The notes under the pieces were generated by a model. It worked only from the letters and a program-made list of their open reading frames with translations. It was not told the DNA's origin and searched no databases. Source: Neovahlkampfia damariscottae (Eukaryota). Taken from it: DNA of 59,602 nucleotides. Below, in pieces: positions 59,354 through 59,602 of this stretch (positions within the stretch are counted from its first letter, which is position 1; each line of letters opens with the position of its first letter). A program made the position numbers and the translations under genes. The stretch covers positions 1-59,602 of the forward strand of contig JABLTG010000131.1 of assembly GCA_016618085.1 (NCBI GenBank), written 5' to 3'.

Positions 59354-59602
59354 GGTTTTTGGGTTTGGAGTTTGGAGGGGTTTGGGGTTTGGGGTTTTGG
59401 TTTTGGTTTTGGTTTTGGTTTTTGGGTTTTGGTTTTGGTTTTGGTTTTGGTTTTGGTTTTGGTTTTGGTTTTGGTTTTGGGTTTGGGTTTGGGTTTGGGT
59501 TTGGGTTTGGGTTTGGGTTTGGGTTTGGGTTTGGGTTTGGGTTTGGGTTTGGGTTTGGGTTTGGGTTTGGGTTTGGGTTTGGGTTTGGGTTTGGGTTTGG
59601 GT
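59354..59602 (+). repeat. telomere: degenerate units, then (TTTTGG)n, then (TTTGGG)n
   Basis: 12 perfect TTTTGG units within 59395-59474, then 20 TTTGGG units 59482-59601, running G-rich strand 5'->3' to the sequence end. Confidence 0.95.

Noticed and set aside
59354..59602. Ciliate (Paramecium-like) origin suggested by TTTGGG repeats and tiny introns
   Set aside because: TAA and TAG act as stops throughout, incompatible with the Paramecium/Tetrahymena code.
1..59602. CRISPR arrays, tRNA genes, intact transposons
   Set aside because: No repeat-spacer arrays, cloverleafs, terminal repeats or intact transposase/RT ORFs seen by eye.

Overview
AT-rich, extremely gene-dense eukaryotic chromosome end. 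It uses the standard code, has GT-AG introns of about 28-40 nt and a CCAAT box just upstream of most start codons, and ends in a (TTTGGG)n telomere. Gene content (DUF4116 repeats, 7TM-RGS, RNI-like LRRs) and style suggest a heterolobosean protist related to Naegleria; this is inference. About 36 protein genes are recognisable, including eEF2, RPL36A/eL42, MCM9, RRP46, DPM3, BI-1, GalM, a Neverland-type Rieske desaturase, an S8 protease and a PARG-like protein, plus one 5S rRNA gene. Highlights not visible in the ORF track: (1) an in-frame fusion of a secreted S1/P1 nuclease to a CNNM (DUF21+CBS) transporter; (2) a selenoprotein MsrA (G-U-F-W) with a type II SECIS; (3) a DOCK-C/D scaffold whose DHR-2 is replaced by a REM+CDC25 RasGEF; (4) a ~220-nt structured candidate ncRNA with its own promoter motifs between convergent genes; (5) decayed virus/transposon-like sequence just upstream of the 5S gene; (6) tandem LRR genes built from 84-nt exons; (7) a 1572-aa secreted Cys/Lys repeat protein. 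All family calls are by-eye motif recognition, with no searches run. Some single-base frameshifts sit in homopolymers and may be assembly errors.
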